A DNA stretch of 64,000 bases, from NCBI GenBank assembly GCA_038065495.1, contig JBBTQW010000002.1:197373-261372 (forward strand), read 5' to 3'. Below, piece after piece: positions 18,733 through 27,418 of the stretch. Position 1 is the stretch's first letter. Each line of letters begins with the position of its first letter. The notes below the pieces were generated by a model. The model saw only the letters and a program-made list of their open reading frames with translations. It ran no database searches and was not told where the DNA came from. The stretch is from Patescibacteria group bacterium. GTDB lineage: Bacteria; Patescibacteriota; Minisyncoccia; Phycocordibacterales; JACOZG01. The position numbers and the translations under genes were made by a program.

Positions 18733-19464
18733 ATGAGTGAAAATAAAAACTGGCAAATTGCGACTCTAGTTAAGTCAGAATTAGCTTCGGTAAATGTGAA
18801 AAAGCTGGTTTTCAAGATCAACCCCTCGACTGTGCTCGGGGCAAGTAAGGCCGGTCAACATTATGATATTAAATTAACCGCGCCAAATGGCTACGTGGCA
18901 GAGCGCAGTTACTCTGTCGCTTCCCCGCCAGAGCAAACCGATGAAATAGAATTTGGCGTGCAACTGTTCGAGAATGGTGAGGTTTCGCCTTACTTGTGGC
19001 AGATGAAACCCGCCACGGCGGGCAAGTCCGGCGATCAGGTGGAGATTAGAGGACCAATCGGCGGACACTTTACTTGGTGCCACACCATGCCCGGGCCGCT
19101 CGTGCTGATTGGTGGCGGTTCGGGCGTGGTTCCCTTAATCTCAATGATCAGACATTGGCAGAAAAATCTGGATGATAGAAAAGTGATCTTGCTCGCGAGT
19201 TTTAGAAGTTTAGAGCATGTTTTATACAGAGCAGAATTAGAAAAACTAGAATCAGAGAATCAGAATTTTAAATTTACTAAAGTTCTAACAAATCATGAAG
19301 CAAGAATAGATAGTGAAAAGTTAAAAAATGTTTTAGGCGAAGTGCTAGCAAAAATGCCGATGATTTATATCTGCGGACCCACTAAATTCGTGGAAGCGAT
19401 GAGCAATTATCTCGTCACACTCGGGACTAATCCACACCTGATCAAGACAGAACGATTTGGTTAG
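18733..19464 (+). CDS. FAD/NAD(P)-binding oxidoreductase (ferredoxin-NADP reductase-like, FNR fold)
   Basis: 243 aa. RSYSV (FAD-binding RxYS), GPIGGHF, and the NAD-binding GGGSGVVPL...YICGP. 7 nt downstream of the Mo-enzyme gene. Confidence 0.8.
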   Translation: MSENKNWQIATLVKSELASVNVKKLVFKINPSTVLGASKAGQHYDIKLTAPNGYVAERSYSVASPPEQTDEIEFGVQLFENGEVSPYLWQMKPATAGKSGDQVEIRGPIGGHFTWCHTMPGPLVLIGGGSGVVPLISMIRHWQKNLDDRKVILLASFRSLEHVLYRAELEKLESENQNFKFTKVLTNHEARIDSEKLKNVLGEVLAKMPMIYICGPTKFVEAMSNYLVTLGTNPHLIKTERFG

Positions 19465-19473
19465 TTTATAATA

Positions 19474-19863
19474 TTGAGTATGAAAAATAATCAAGATTTA
19501 GCTTTGTTACTCCTGCGCATTGCGCTGGGAGCGGTGTTTATTACGCACGGTTGGATGAAGTGGCAAAATATGGATGGCACAATCCAGTTCTTTAGCAGTA
19601 TTGGTTTATCGGCCATGTGGGCTTATCTCGTGGCGACGATTGAGCTACTCGGTGGTTTGGCGGTCTTGCTTGGTATCTGGCACCGGCTCGCGGGCTGGTT
19701 GCTGGCCGCGGTCATGGCCGGCGCGATTATTACCGTCAAAGGGAGCAAAGGCTTCTTGGGTGGTTATGAGTTTGATCTCGTGCTCTTACTAGTTGCCGCT
19801 GCTCTGGCCATGATGCCACCAGGCAAATATCTCGTAGTTAAGAAACCTCGTTCCGAACACTAA
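19474..19863 (+). CDS. DoxX family membrane protein
   Basis: 129 aa with four transmembrane helices. LLLRIALGAVFITHGWMKW is the DoxX signature. Confidence 0.75.
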   Translation: MSMKNNQDLALLLLRIALGAVFITHGWMKWQNMDGTIQFFSSIGLSAMWAYLVATIELLGGLAVLLGIWHRLAGWLLAAVMAGAIITVKGSKGFLGGYEFDLVLLLVAAALAMMPPGKYLVVKKPRSEH

Positions 19864-19871
19864 CTAAAAAC

Positions 19872-20489
19872 ATGAAAGCGAGCCGTCTCGATAACCTGGC
19901 TGATGGCATCTTCGCCATCGTCCTGACCTTGCTCGTGCTCGATATCCGCGTACCGCTCGTCGCCGGCTTAACGAGCAATACTGATGTCTGGAACGCCTTG
20001 CTCGAGATCAAGCCCCTCTTCTTGAGTTATTTGCTCTCGTTCTCGCTACTCTTTACTTACTGGCGCGCGCATCACTACTTTACTTCCGTCTTTGCCAAGA
20101 ATATTGATATTAGATTGACGAATATTAATGCACTTTTTCTCGCCCTAGTAGCGCTCGTCCCGTTCTCGTCGCAGTTGCTTGGCGCTTACAGTCACACCCA
20201 GATCGCGATTTCCGTGTACGGTCTACATGTGATCCTGCTCGGCGCCACGCTGTGGTGGATGCGCGATTATGTGATTAAGTCAAAGTATATTGAGAATAGT
20301 GAGATTTCAGAAAGAGATCTGCGCCACAGCACACTGCGTCTCGCCGTGCCAATAATTTGTTCCGTGCTCGCAATTTTCATCAGTTTCATCAATACCACGC
20401 TCTCGCTCGCGCTCTACACTTTTGCTATCCTCTTCAATCTCTTGCCGCAAAGCGCCACCCTCTTTGGCCACTTATGGCACGAGAAGTAA
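19872..20489 (+). CDS. TMEM175/DUF1211 family membrane protein (putative K+ channel)
   Basis: 205 aa. N-terminal RLDNLADGIFAIVLTLLVLDI matches the DUF1211 RxxxFSDGVFAIAITLLVLE signature helix. About six transmembrane helices. Confidence 0.7.
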   Translation: MKASRLDNLADGIFAIVLTLLVLDIRVPLVAGLTSNTDVWNALLEIKPLFLSYLLSFSLLFTYWRAHHYFTSVFAKNIDIRLTNINALFLALVALVPFSSQLLGAYSHTQIAISVYGLHVILLGATLWWMRDYVIKSKYIENSEISERDLRHSTLRLAVPIICSVLAIFISFINTTLSLALYTFAILFNLLPQSATLFGHLWHEK

Positions 20490-21070
20490 AACGTTGCGAC
20501 TGGACGAGAAATAATCTCTTGATGAATCAGTATCACGACGCTGAATGGGGCGTGTCGTGTTTATCTGATCAGAAATTATTTGAGTATGTAGTTTTAGACA
20601 CTTTCCAGGCTGGCTTGAGCTGGCAGATTATCATCAATAAGCGCGAAAATTTTAGAAAAGCATTTGCCAATTTTGATGCTAAGAAAATAGCGAAGTTTAG
20701 TGAAAAGAGAGCGCAGAGTTTATTAAAAAATGCCGGAATAATTCGCAATAATTTAAAAATTCGCGGCACTATCAGTAATGCGCGAGCTTATTTAGAAATA
20801 AAAAATAATTCTGAGTTTAAAAATTTTGCTGACTATATCTGGAGCTTTGTGGATCACAAACAAATCGCGCATAAAAATAAGAAATTAGAGAATCTAGCCG
20901 CAACTAGTCCGGAGTCAGATAAAATGGCCAGAGATATGAAGGCGCGCGGCTTCAAATTTTGTGGCTCTACGGTTTGTTATGCGTTTATGCAAGGCGCGGG
21001 CTTGATTAATGATCATCTCACCTCTTGCTTTCGTTATAAAAAATGCTTGGCAGGAAAGTTAGAATTTTAA
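20474..21070 (+). CDS. tag: DNA-3-methyladenine glycosylase I (Tag)
   Basis: Start trimmed to MAREVKRCDW...YHDAEWGV. Cys/His Zn site of the Tag family, and FEYVVLDTFQAGLSWQIIINKRENFRKAF. Overlaps the previous gene by 16 nt. Confidence 0.88.
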   Translation: MAREVKRCDWTRNNLLMNQYHDAEWGVSCLSDQKLFEYVVLDTFQAGLSWQIIINKRENFRKAFANFDAKKIAKFSEKRAQSLLKNAGIIRNNLKIRGTISNARAYLEIKNNSEFKNFADYIWSFVDHKQIAHKNKKLENLAATSPESDKMARDMKARGFKFCGSTVCYAFMQGAGLINDHLTSCFRYKKCLAGKLEF

Positions 21071-21078
21071 GCAAAAAA

Positions 21079-21122
21079 AGAGGCCGGGGAGTTTTGGTTT
21101 GGAACCAATTCTCTCCGGCCTC
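21079..21122. terminator. Bidirectional terminator hairpin (gaggccgggg...ctccggcctc) between convergent tag and a minus-strand transcript
   Basis: 12-bp GC-rich stem with a ~20-nt loop. A7 on the plus side becomes a U7 tract after the hairpin when read on the minus strand. Confidence 0.55.
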
Positions 21123-21166
21123 GCGCATGAATGGAAAATGTTGACATCAGGTACGCCCTTCGTGGG

Positions 21167-21217
21167 CTAACCCGTGGAACAGTTTCCGTCCGCGCAGTTG
21201 GTCGTGTTCCGAATCAT
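21167..21217 (-). CDS. Candidate 16-aa micro-ORF (MIRNTTNCADGNCSTG) with its own promoter, RBS and terminator
   Basis: Minus strand: TTGACC-N17-TACGAT at about 21275-21303, AAGGAG 7 nt before the ATG at 21217, stop at 21167, terminator at 21079-21122. Below the ORF-track size cutoff. Speculative. Confidence 0.3.
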   Translation of the reverse strand: MIRNTTNCADGNCSTG

Positions 21218-21341
21218 CGCGTTTCTCCTTTGTTAGAAGTGGAGGGATCGCCTTGATGGCGACAGCTCCGGGACAAAGATTGGAACAAATTCATCGTAGC
21301 ACCCCCCCCACTTGGCGGTCAAGCGACCTGTGGAAAACTCA

Positions 21342-21671
21342 CTACCACGGTATGTCGTCATCGCTTTGCTTTTCCAGCATCGCGCGGAGATAATTGTTCT
21401 CCCGCCGCGTGGCTTCAAGATCAAAAATCAGATACTTGATGGCGAGACGAAGATAATCCATAGAGTCTTGCAAGCTAGAAACGGTCGCTTTCAATTTGTC
21501 ATGTCTCGCTTTTGCCTCGGCGGCAATGTTTTGCAACTTTTCTCTATCTTGCGACGAGAGCGGCTTTACATCATTTACTTCACCAACAAGCTCTCGAATA
21601 GATTGACCCAAGAGTACTTCGAACACAGCTGGATCCATCTCACGATCAGAAGTCTCGTTTTCCTTGGCCAT
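21342..21671 (-). CDS. Hypothetical coiled-coil protein
   Basis: Start trimmed to MAKENETSD. AGGGGG ribosome-binding site. 110 aa of heptad-like acidic/charged sequence. No recognised family. Confidence 0.5.
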   Translation of the reverse strand: MAKENETSDREMDPAVFEVLLGQSIRELVGEVNDVKPLSSQDREKLQNIAAEAKARHDKLKATVSSLQDSMDYLRLAIKYLIFDLEATRRENNYLRAMLEKQSDDDIPW

Positions 21672-21764
21672 GTTGTTCCCCCTTTCATGTAAAAAGAACC
21701 CGGCCAAACTATTTATACACGAATTAGGTTGGCAAGTCAAATCAGTTTATGATAACTGGATAAA

Positions 21765-23903
21765 ATGCAAACAGAAGATTTAATTACGCAACACTTTAGA
21801 CTAGCGCCAAGTCAGGCCAAAGCGTTGGAAAAATTGAGACTGGAAACAGTGCGCGATTTGCTGTATTACTTCCCTGCCCGTTACGGCCAAGTTTTGCCAG
21901 AGAAGAAAATTGCGGAATTACTTGTCGGCGATAATGTGACGATTTACGCGCAAGTGGTACGCGCCAAAGTGAGCAAAGCGTGGAAAAAGAAAATTCCAAT
22001 GGGCGAAGTGACGCTAGAAGATCAAACGGGCAGAATCAAAGCGATCTGGTTCCATCAGCCGTACTTGGCAAAAAAAGTAGCGCCCGCGCACTTCGCGCGC
22101 CTGCAGGGAAAAGTGGCAGAAAGAAAAGGTGAACTCTATCTTGCTAATCCAGAAATCGAGGCTGTTTCCGGCTTGGGCACTAGCGAAACTCTCTTTGCTG
22201 ATGAAAATAATGCCGAAATAAATTATCTCCTGCCGGTTTATCCAGAAACACGCGGGATTTCGTCACTGTGGTTACATCACGCAGTTAAGAAAATCTTAAA
22301 AAATAATTTGCAAGAGAGTCTGACAGATTATTTGCCAACAGAAATAATTAAAAAATATAATTTGCCAAAACTAGCAACGGCTCTCGTCTGGATTCACAGT
22401 CCTAGAACCGAGTCAGATAGTTTAGCCGCGAGAAAGAGATTTGCATTTGAGGAGATATTTTTTATCCAGCTCACGCGCTTGCGGGCGAAATTGAATTATC
22501 AAGAACAGCAAGCCTTTGTGATTAAGCCAGAGCAGAAGGGGCTAGACGAGTTTATTTCCCGCTTCCCCTTCCCGCTCACCAGCGCGCAAGATCGGGCGAT
22601 TCAGCAAATTACCACAGACTTTACCAAATCAGCGCCAATGACCAGATTACTAGAGGGCGACGTCGGATCAGGCAAAACAGCCGTCGCAACTGTTACTGCT
22701 CTTGCTGTGGTCCAAGCTGGCGGCGAAGTGGCTTATATGGCGCCGACGGAAATCCTCGCCAAGCAACATTTTGAGTCTTTTATTTCTTACTTTCGCCATT
22801 TGCCACGCGTGCAGATTGGTTTGATTACAGGAGCTGGTTGCTACAAGTTTCCGTCAAAAATTAATTTAAATAGCTACACTAATATTTCGCGCCCGCAACT
22901 CTTGAAATGGGTGGCGAACGGCGAAATTCCCATCTTGATTGGCACACACGCGCTGATCCAGAAAGCCGTGAAATTTAAAAATCTGGCTTATGTAATCATT
23001 GATGAACAACACCGATTTGGCGTGATGCAACGTGCCAAATTAGTGAGAAAAGATGAAAATAAAGCGCCACACTTGCTCTCCATGACCGCCACGCCGATCC
23101 CGCGCACGCTCGCGCTCACAATCTATGGCGACTTGGATTTAACTTTATTAGATGAACTGCCAGCCGGTCGCAAACAAGTGAAAACCGAAATTGTGAGCGA
23201 AGTAAATAGAAATAAAGCTTATGCGCATATTAAGCAAGAACTAGAATCCGGCCGGCAAGCTTTCGTGATCTGCCCCAGAATTGACGAGCCAGACCCAACA
23301 AAAGCGCTGGCGATGCAAACCAAGTCGGCCAAAGCGGAAGCTAGAAGATTGCAAGACAAAATTTTTCCGGATTTCACGATTGGCTTGGTGCATAGCAAAC
23401 TCAAACCAAAAGATAAAGAAGAAGTGATGAGCGACTTTGCGTCTGGGAAAATTGATATTCTGGTTTCCACATCTGTGGTGGAAGTGGGCGTGAATGTGCC
23501 AAATGCGACGATCATTATTATTGAGGGCGCGGAGCGCTTTGGCTTGGCGCAACTGCACCAACTCCGCGGTCGCGTGCTACGCTCTAGCCATCAAGCGCAT
23601 TGTTACTTATTTACCAGCAAAGCCAGCGGTCAAGAGAATGCGCGACTGAAAGCCTTAGAGAAGGCGAAAAACGGCTTTGAGCTCGCCGAGCTCGACCTTA
23701 AACTCCGCGGCTCCGGTTCGCTCTCGAGTGGCAAGCAATGGGGTTTATCAGACCTCGGTATGGAAGCGATCAAGAATCTCAAAATGGTGGAAGCGGCGCG
23801 CCTGGAAGCGCAGAATTTACTAAAAACCGATCCGGACTTAAAAAATTCTAAATTAATTAAAGAAAAACTAGCGGAACAAAAAGCGGAGATTCATTTTGAA
23901 TAA
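21765..23903 (+). CDS. recG: ATP-dependent DNA helicase RecG
   Basis: 712 aa. N-terminal wedge/OB domain, helicase motifs GDVGSGKT (I), DEQHRFGV (II), SMTATPIPRT, and the TRG motif region. Confidence 0.92.
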   Translation: MQTEDLITQHFRLAPSQAKALEKLRLETVRDLLYYFPARYGQVLPEKKIAELLVGDNVTIYAQVVRAKVSKAWKKKIPMGEVTLEDQTGRIKAIWFHQPYLAKKVAPAHFARLQGKVAERKGELYLANPEIEAVSGLGTSETLFADENNAEINYLLPVYPETRGISSLWLHHAVKKILKNNLQESLTDYLPTEIIKKYNLPKLATALVWIHSPRTESDSLAARKRFAFEEIFFIQLTRLRAKLNYQEQQAFVIKPEQKGLDEFISRFPFPLTSAQDRAIQQITTDFTKSAPMTRLLEGDVGSGKTAVATVTALAVVQAGGEVAYMAPTEILAKQHFESFISYFRHLPRVQIGLITGAGCYKFPSKINLNSYTNISRPQLLKWVANGEIPILIGTHALIQKAVKFKNLAYVIIDEQHRFGVMQRAKLVRKDENKAPHLLSMTATPIPRTLALTIYGDLDLTLLDELPAGRKQVKTEIVSEVNRNKAYAHIKQELESGRQAFVICPRIDEPDPTKALAMQTKSAKAEARRLQDKIFPDFTIGLVHSKLKPKDKEEVMSDFASGKIDILVSTSVVEVGVNVPNATIIIIEGAERFGLAQLHQLRGRVLRSSHQAHCYLFTSKASGQENARLKALEKAKNGFELAELDLKLRGSGSLSSGKQWGLSDLGMEAIKNLKMVEAARLEAQNLLKTDPDLKNSKLIKEKLAEQKAEIHFE

Positions 23904-23913
23904 AGATTTAGTT

Positions 23914-24747
23914 TTACAGATTGCTTTTCAGCTTTTTAGCAATTTCATACTCCTTACTAGTAAGTTCAAGATGGCAATCTTTGCACTTATATAAATCTGG
24001 AAAAGACACGCCTCCAAAATGGACCGTTGGAGAAAAAACATTTGTCGCATAAGAATCTGACTCATCGGAAGAAAAACCATACGAACCACAACGCGGACAT
24101 TTATTTCCCCTTGGATAGTAAGATGCGGTATCAACATTGTAAGTCAGCCACTTTCTTGGATAAATAAAATTCCCAGTCTCGCCCATCGCTTTAATTTTAG
24201 TTCTCACTTCTTCAATCAAAACTTGCTCTAGTTCTTCTTCAGAATATTTTCTCTTAGGGATGCCTGTTTTGACGTTATCTTTCCCAAACAAACTCACAGC
24301 CTGTTTAGAAATCTTTCCCCACAAAGTTCCCATTTTTTTCACCACGTCTTCGGGGTCGAGCAAAATTTCATCATCTGATTTGTAACTATGATTAAATTCA
24401 TTTCGAATATTATAAACATCCGTTAATATCTGCAGCTCTTCTTCAGAAAAAATCCGGCTGAATATTATTTTAACTCTTGCCAAAATACCGGCGATTTTTG
24501 CTGTTTTAATATCTTTCTCTTTTTTCTTGACTACTGTTGCCAATGCATTATCGTCTTGAAGCTTACCTGCATCAAAAATCAAGACTGGATTTTTTCTATG
24601 CAGTTTTATTTTCAATATTTTTTCAACCACGGTACAAAAAGACACAATTATGTCCGGGAGATTTTCTTTATCATCTGGATTGCCAGTCAAATAATCGTTT
24701 ACGCGACCATGCAAATAAAGTAGATATTTGTGTTCTTTTTTCTTCAT
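23914..24747 (-). CDS. HEPN-like (Rx4HxY) protein with C-terminal CxxC...CxxC zinc ribbon; candidate abortive-infection or toxin RNase
   Basis: 277 aa. YNIRNEFNHSY fits the HEPN R-x4-6-H catalytic motif. CPRCGSYG...CKDCH is a zinc ribbon. The gene is visibly more AT-rich than its neighbours and starts 8 nt downstream of tRNA-Ile. Confidence 0.45.
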   Translation of the reverse strand: MKKKEHKYLLYLHGRVNDYLTGNPDDKENLPDIIVSFCTVVEKILKIKLHRKNPVLIFDAGKLQDDNALATVVKKKEKDIKTAKIAGILARVKIIFSRIFSEEELQILTDVYNIRNEFNHSYKSDDEILLDPEDVVKKMGTLWGKISKQAVSLFGKDNVKTGIPKRKYSEEELEQVLIEEVRTKIKAMGETGNFIYPRKWLTYNVDTASYYPRGNKCPRCGSYGFSSDESDSYATNVFSPTVHFGGVSFPDLYKCKDCHLELTSKEYEIAKKLKSNL

Positions 24748-24754
24748 ATTTTAG

Positions 24755-24828
24755 TGCGCGTGCTTGGATTCGAACCAAGGACCGCCGAGGTATAAGCTCG
24801 GTGCTCTAACCAGCTGAGCTACACGCGC
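24755..24828 (-). tRNA. tRNA-Ile (anticodon UAU)
   Basis: 74 nt on the minus strand. Acceptor GCGCGTG/CACGCGC, D-loop AGCTGGTTAGAGC, anticodon arm CCGAG-CTTATAC-CTCGG with U33 and A37, T-loop GGTTCGAATCC. Discriminator A. Confidence 0.8.
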
Positions 24829-24848
24829 GCTTTTATTATATCGCCAAA

Positions 24849-26756
24849 CTAGGATATTATCTCCTGTCCGGCGTCGGCGGTTTTCGGCTTAATGCCGTTC
24901 AAGACGAGTAGTTTATCAAAGTCTTCGCGATCAATCGTTTCGACTTTAATCAGCTCTTGCGACATATCATCGAGAATTTCGCGCTTGGTGGTCAGCACTT
25001 CCTTAGCTCGCGCTAGCGCTTCCGTCATAATCTTGGCCACTTCGGCATCCACGGCGGTCTGGACGGTCTGCGACGAAGCGCTCTCATTGCCCACGTTCTG
25101 GCCAAAGTATAATTTGGTTCCGCCGTTGTCGAAAGCGATTGGCCCAAGTTTGTCGCTCATGCCATACTTCGTCACCATGTTGCGGGCGAGCGCGGTGGAA
25201 ACCGAAATATCATTAGAAGCGCCAGTGGTGATGTCACCGAAAATTAAATTTTCTGCCGCATAACCGGCCAGCGAAACAGCAATGTCGTCCAGAAATTCTT
25301 GCCGCGACTGTAACTTTTTATCTTCAAATGGCAGTTTTAGAGTATAACCAGCGGCGTGTCCGCGAGAAATGATGGAAACTTTGTGCACCGGATCGGCGTG
25401 TGGGAGAACAGAAGCCACAAGCGCGTGGCCCATCTCGTGATAAGCCGTGATTTTCTTCTCTTTCACCGAGAGAATGTGACTCTTACGCTCGGGGCCAAGC
25501 ATCACTTTTTCCACACTTCTAATCAAGTCATACTGCGTAATCTCGGTTCGGCTCTCGCGCGCGGCGAGGATCGCGCCTTCGTTCATCAAGTTCGCCAAGT
25601 CAGCGCCCGAGAAGCCTGGCGTGCGCTCGGCAATGGCTCTCAAATTTACATCCGGGCCAAGCGGCTTTTTGCGCGTATAAATTTGCAAAATTTCTTCTCT
25701 GTCTCTGATATCCGGATTATCTAAAATTACTCGCCGATCAAATCTGCCCGGGCGCAATAAAGCTGGATCTAAAACATCTGGTCTATTTGTGGCCGCAATC
25801 ACGATTAACTTTTCATTTGGCTCAAAGCCGTCCATCTCGACGAGAATTTGATTCAGAGTTTGCTCACGTTCGTCATTGCCGCCGCCCATGCCTGATCCTC
25901 TGTGCCGGCCAATGGCGTCAATTTCGTCAATAAAAATAATAGACGGCGCTAATTTCTTTGCTAATCTGAATAAATCTCTCACGCGCGAGGCCCCCACGCC
26001 CACAAACATTTCCACAAAGTCCGAACCAGAGAGATAGAGAAACGGCACTTGGGCCTCGCCCGCCACCGCTCTAGCCAAGAGAGTTTTTCCCGTGCCGGGC
26101 GCGCCCATCAAGATCACGCCTTTCGGAATTCTGGCGCCGATATCCAGAAACTTTTTGGGATTTTTGAGAAAGTCTACAATTTCCAGCAATTCTTCTTTGG
26201 CCTCACGCACGCCAGCGACATCCTTGAACGTAATCCGCTGACTCGAATCTGTGGGGTCAATAATTTTGGCCTTAGACTGGCCAAAAGTGAAGGCCTGCAT
26301 CGAGGCGCCATGGAGCTGCTTAGAAATTAGCCAGAACAAGAATAGCACAAAGAGTAGAGGCGCCAAGAATGGCAAGAGATTGGCGAGCCAGAAGGTCCAA
26401 CCACCCGGCTCTTGCACACTCACATTGGCCGTCGCGAGTTGCTCGGCTGTGACGCCGTAATTCCTTAAGGCTTCGGAGAGCGCCGTCTCGGCCTCTTTCT
26501 TGGCCGTCACCTCTTCGCCCGTCTTGAGCGTGACTTGCAAACTATTATCTTGCACTACAATTTTCTCCACTTCGCCAGCCGTCACGGCCCGAGCCACTTC
26601 CGAGATCGCCACTTCCCGCTTGATCGTCTGATTCTCCACAAAGTAAGAATACAAACCAACGAGCAAACCCAGCACCAAGAGAGACAGAAAAATCTGTCCG
26701 CCAAATTGGCTCAAGACTTGCCCAGGACCGCGCTTGGAAGTTGGTGTTGGTGGCAT
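24849..26756 (-). CDS. ftsH: ATP-dependent zinc metalloprotease FtsH
   Basis: 635 aa. Two N-terminal transmembrane helices, AAA+ Walker A GAPGTGKT, second region of homology, Zn site HEMGHAL. Confidence 0.95.
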   Translation of the reverse strand: MPPTPTSKRGPGQVLSQFGGQIFLSLLVLGLLVGLYSYFVENQTIKREVAISEVARAVTAGEVEKIVVQDNSLQVTLKTGEEVTAKKEAETALSEALRNYGVTAEQLATANVSVQEPGGWTFWLANLLPFLAPLLFVLFLFWLISKQLHGASMQAFTFGQSKAKIIDPTDSSQRITFKDVAGVREAKEELLEIVDFLKNPKKFLDIGARIPKGVILMGAPGTGKTLLARAVAGEAQVPFLYLSGSDFVEMFVGVGASRVRDLFRLAKKLAPSIIFIDEIDAIGRHRGSGMGGGNDEREQTLNQILVEMDGFEPNEKLIVIAATNRPDVLDPALLRPGRFDRRVILDNPDIRDREEILQIYTRKKPLGPDVNLRAIAERTPGFSGADLANLMNEGAILAARESRTEITQYDLIRSVEKVMLGPERKSHILSVKEKKITAYHEMGHALVASVLPHADPVHKVSIISRGHAAGYTLKLPFEDKKLQSRQEFLDDIAVSLAGYAAENLIFGDITTGASNDISVSTALARNMVTKYGMSDKLGPIAFDNGGTKLYFGQNVGNESASSQTVQTAVDAEVAKIMTEALARAKEVLTTKREILDDMSQELIKVETIDREDFDKLLVLNGIKPKTADAGQEIIS

Positions 26757-26825
26757 GTAATTAATGATTATCTAGAAAGCCGATTATAACAGAATAATTG
26801 CTAAAATCAAGCGTTAATAAGCTAG

Positions 26826-26896
26826 TGCGGGATGCGAGAATCGAACTCGCGTCTAATGCTTGGGAAGCACTTGTTCTGCCACTTAACTAATCCCGC
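26826..26896 (-). tRNA. tRNA-Gly (anticodon CCC)
   Basis: 71 nt. Acceptor GCGGGAT/ATCCCGC, anticodon loop TT-CCC-AA, T-loop GAGTTCGATTCTCGC. Confidence 0.8.
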
Positions 26897-26903
26897 TTTT
26901 TTC

Positions 26904-27272
26904 TCAATTCCCACTCCAGAGCGATTGCCACCAGCTCTTGCTTGTCGTTGCCACTGCCGTGGTAGCATTACTTGCTACCACGGCGATGACTTTCTCACCC
27001 ACTTTCACCACCGCAAACTTCTCTCTGATTTTCTGTTCTAGACCTGATTCTGTCTTGAGCAAACCAATTTCGCTAGCGAGCTTTTCTTCCCGCGCTTTGA
27101 TCTCACTCAATTCTTGCTCCACTTGCTCGCGATCGGTCACCACCACGCGACTCTTCTGCCACGTCACCCACACCGAACGCCCCAGCCACAGCGCGAGCAG
27201 CACTAAGAAGACCACGCCCGTACGCGAGTGCATAAACCGACGGAAGAGACTCTGATTTTGCCATTTACTCAT
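26904..27272 (-). CDS. Septum formation initiator family protein (FtsB/DivIC-like)
   Basis: 122 aa. N-terminal transmembrane helix (VVFLVLLALWLGRSVWV), then a coiled-coil (REQVEQELSEIKAREEKLASEIGLLK). Confidence 0.6.
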   Translation of the reverse strand: MSKWQNQSLFRRFMHSRTGVVFLVLLALWLGRSVWVTWQKSRVVVTDREQVEQELSEIKAREEKLASEIGLLKTESGLEQKIREKFAVVKVGEKVIAVVASNATTAVATTSKSWWQSLWSGN

Positions 27273-27418
27273 TTTGCTTTATACTACAACAAAATTATGA
27301 TTCTGAACAAAAGACATCAGAAAGGCCTGCAAATCCTCTGGACCGTGGTGGGCGTGGTGGTGATCCTGGGCATGCTCCTGCTCTACGGCGGCCAGCTCTT
27401 TCTCTAATTCAATCAAGC

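Noticed and set aside
21071-21341. Possible tmRNA or SRP RNA in the structured 270-nt convergent gap (G-run 'gggggggtgctacg', several hairpins)
   Set aside because: No tRNA-like acceptor/T-arm pairing between the ends and no resume codon or tag-peptide frame ending in a hydrophobic tail. No SRP domain-IV GGAA/AGCAGCC motifs. The gap is also shorter than a tmRNA. Kept only as a micro-ORF/sRNA candidate.
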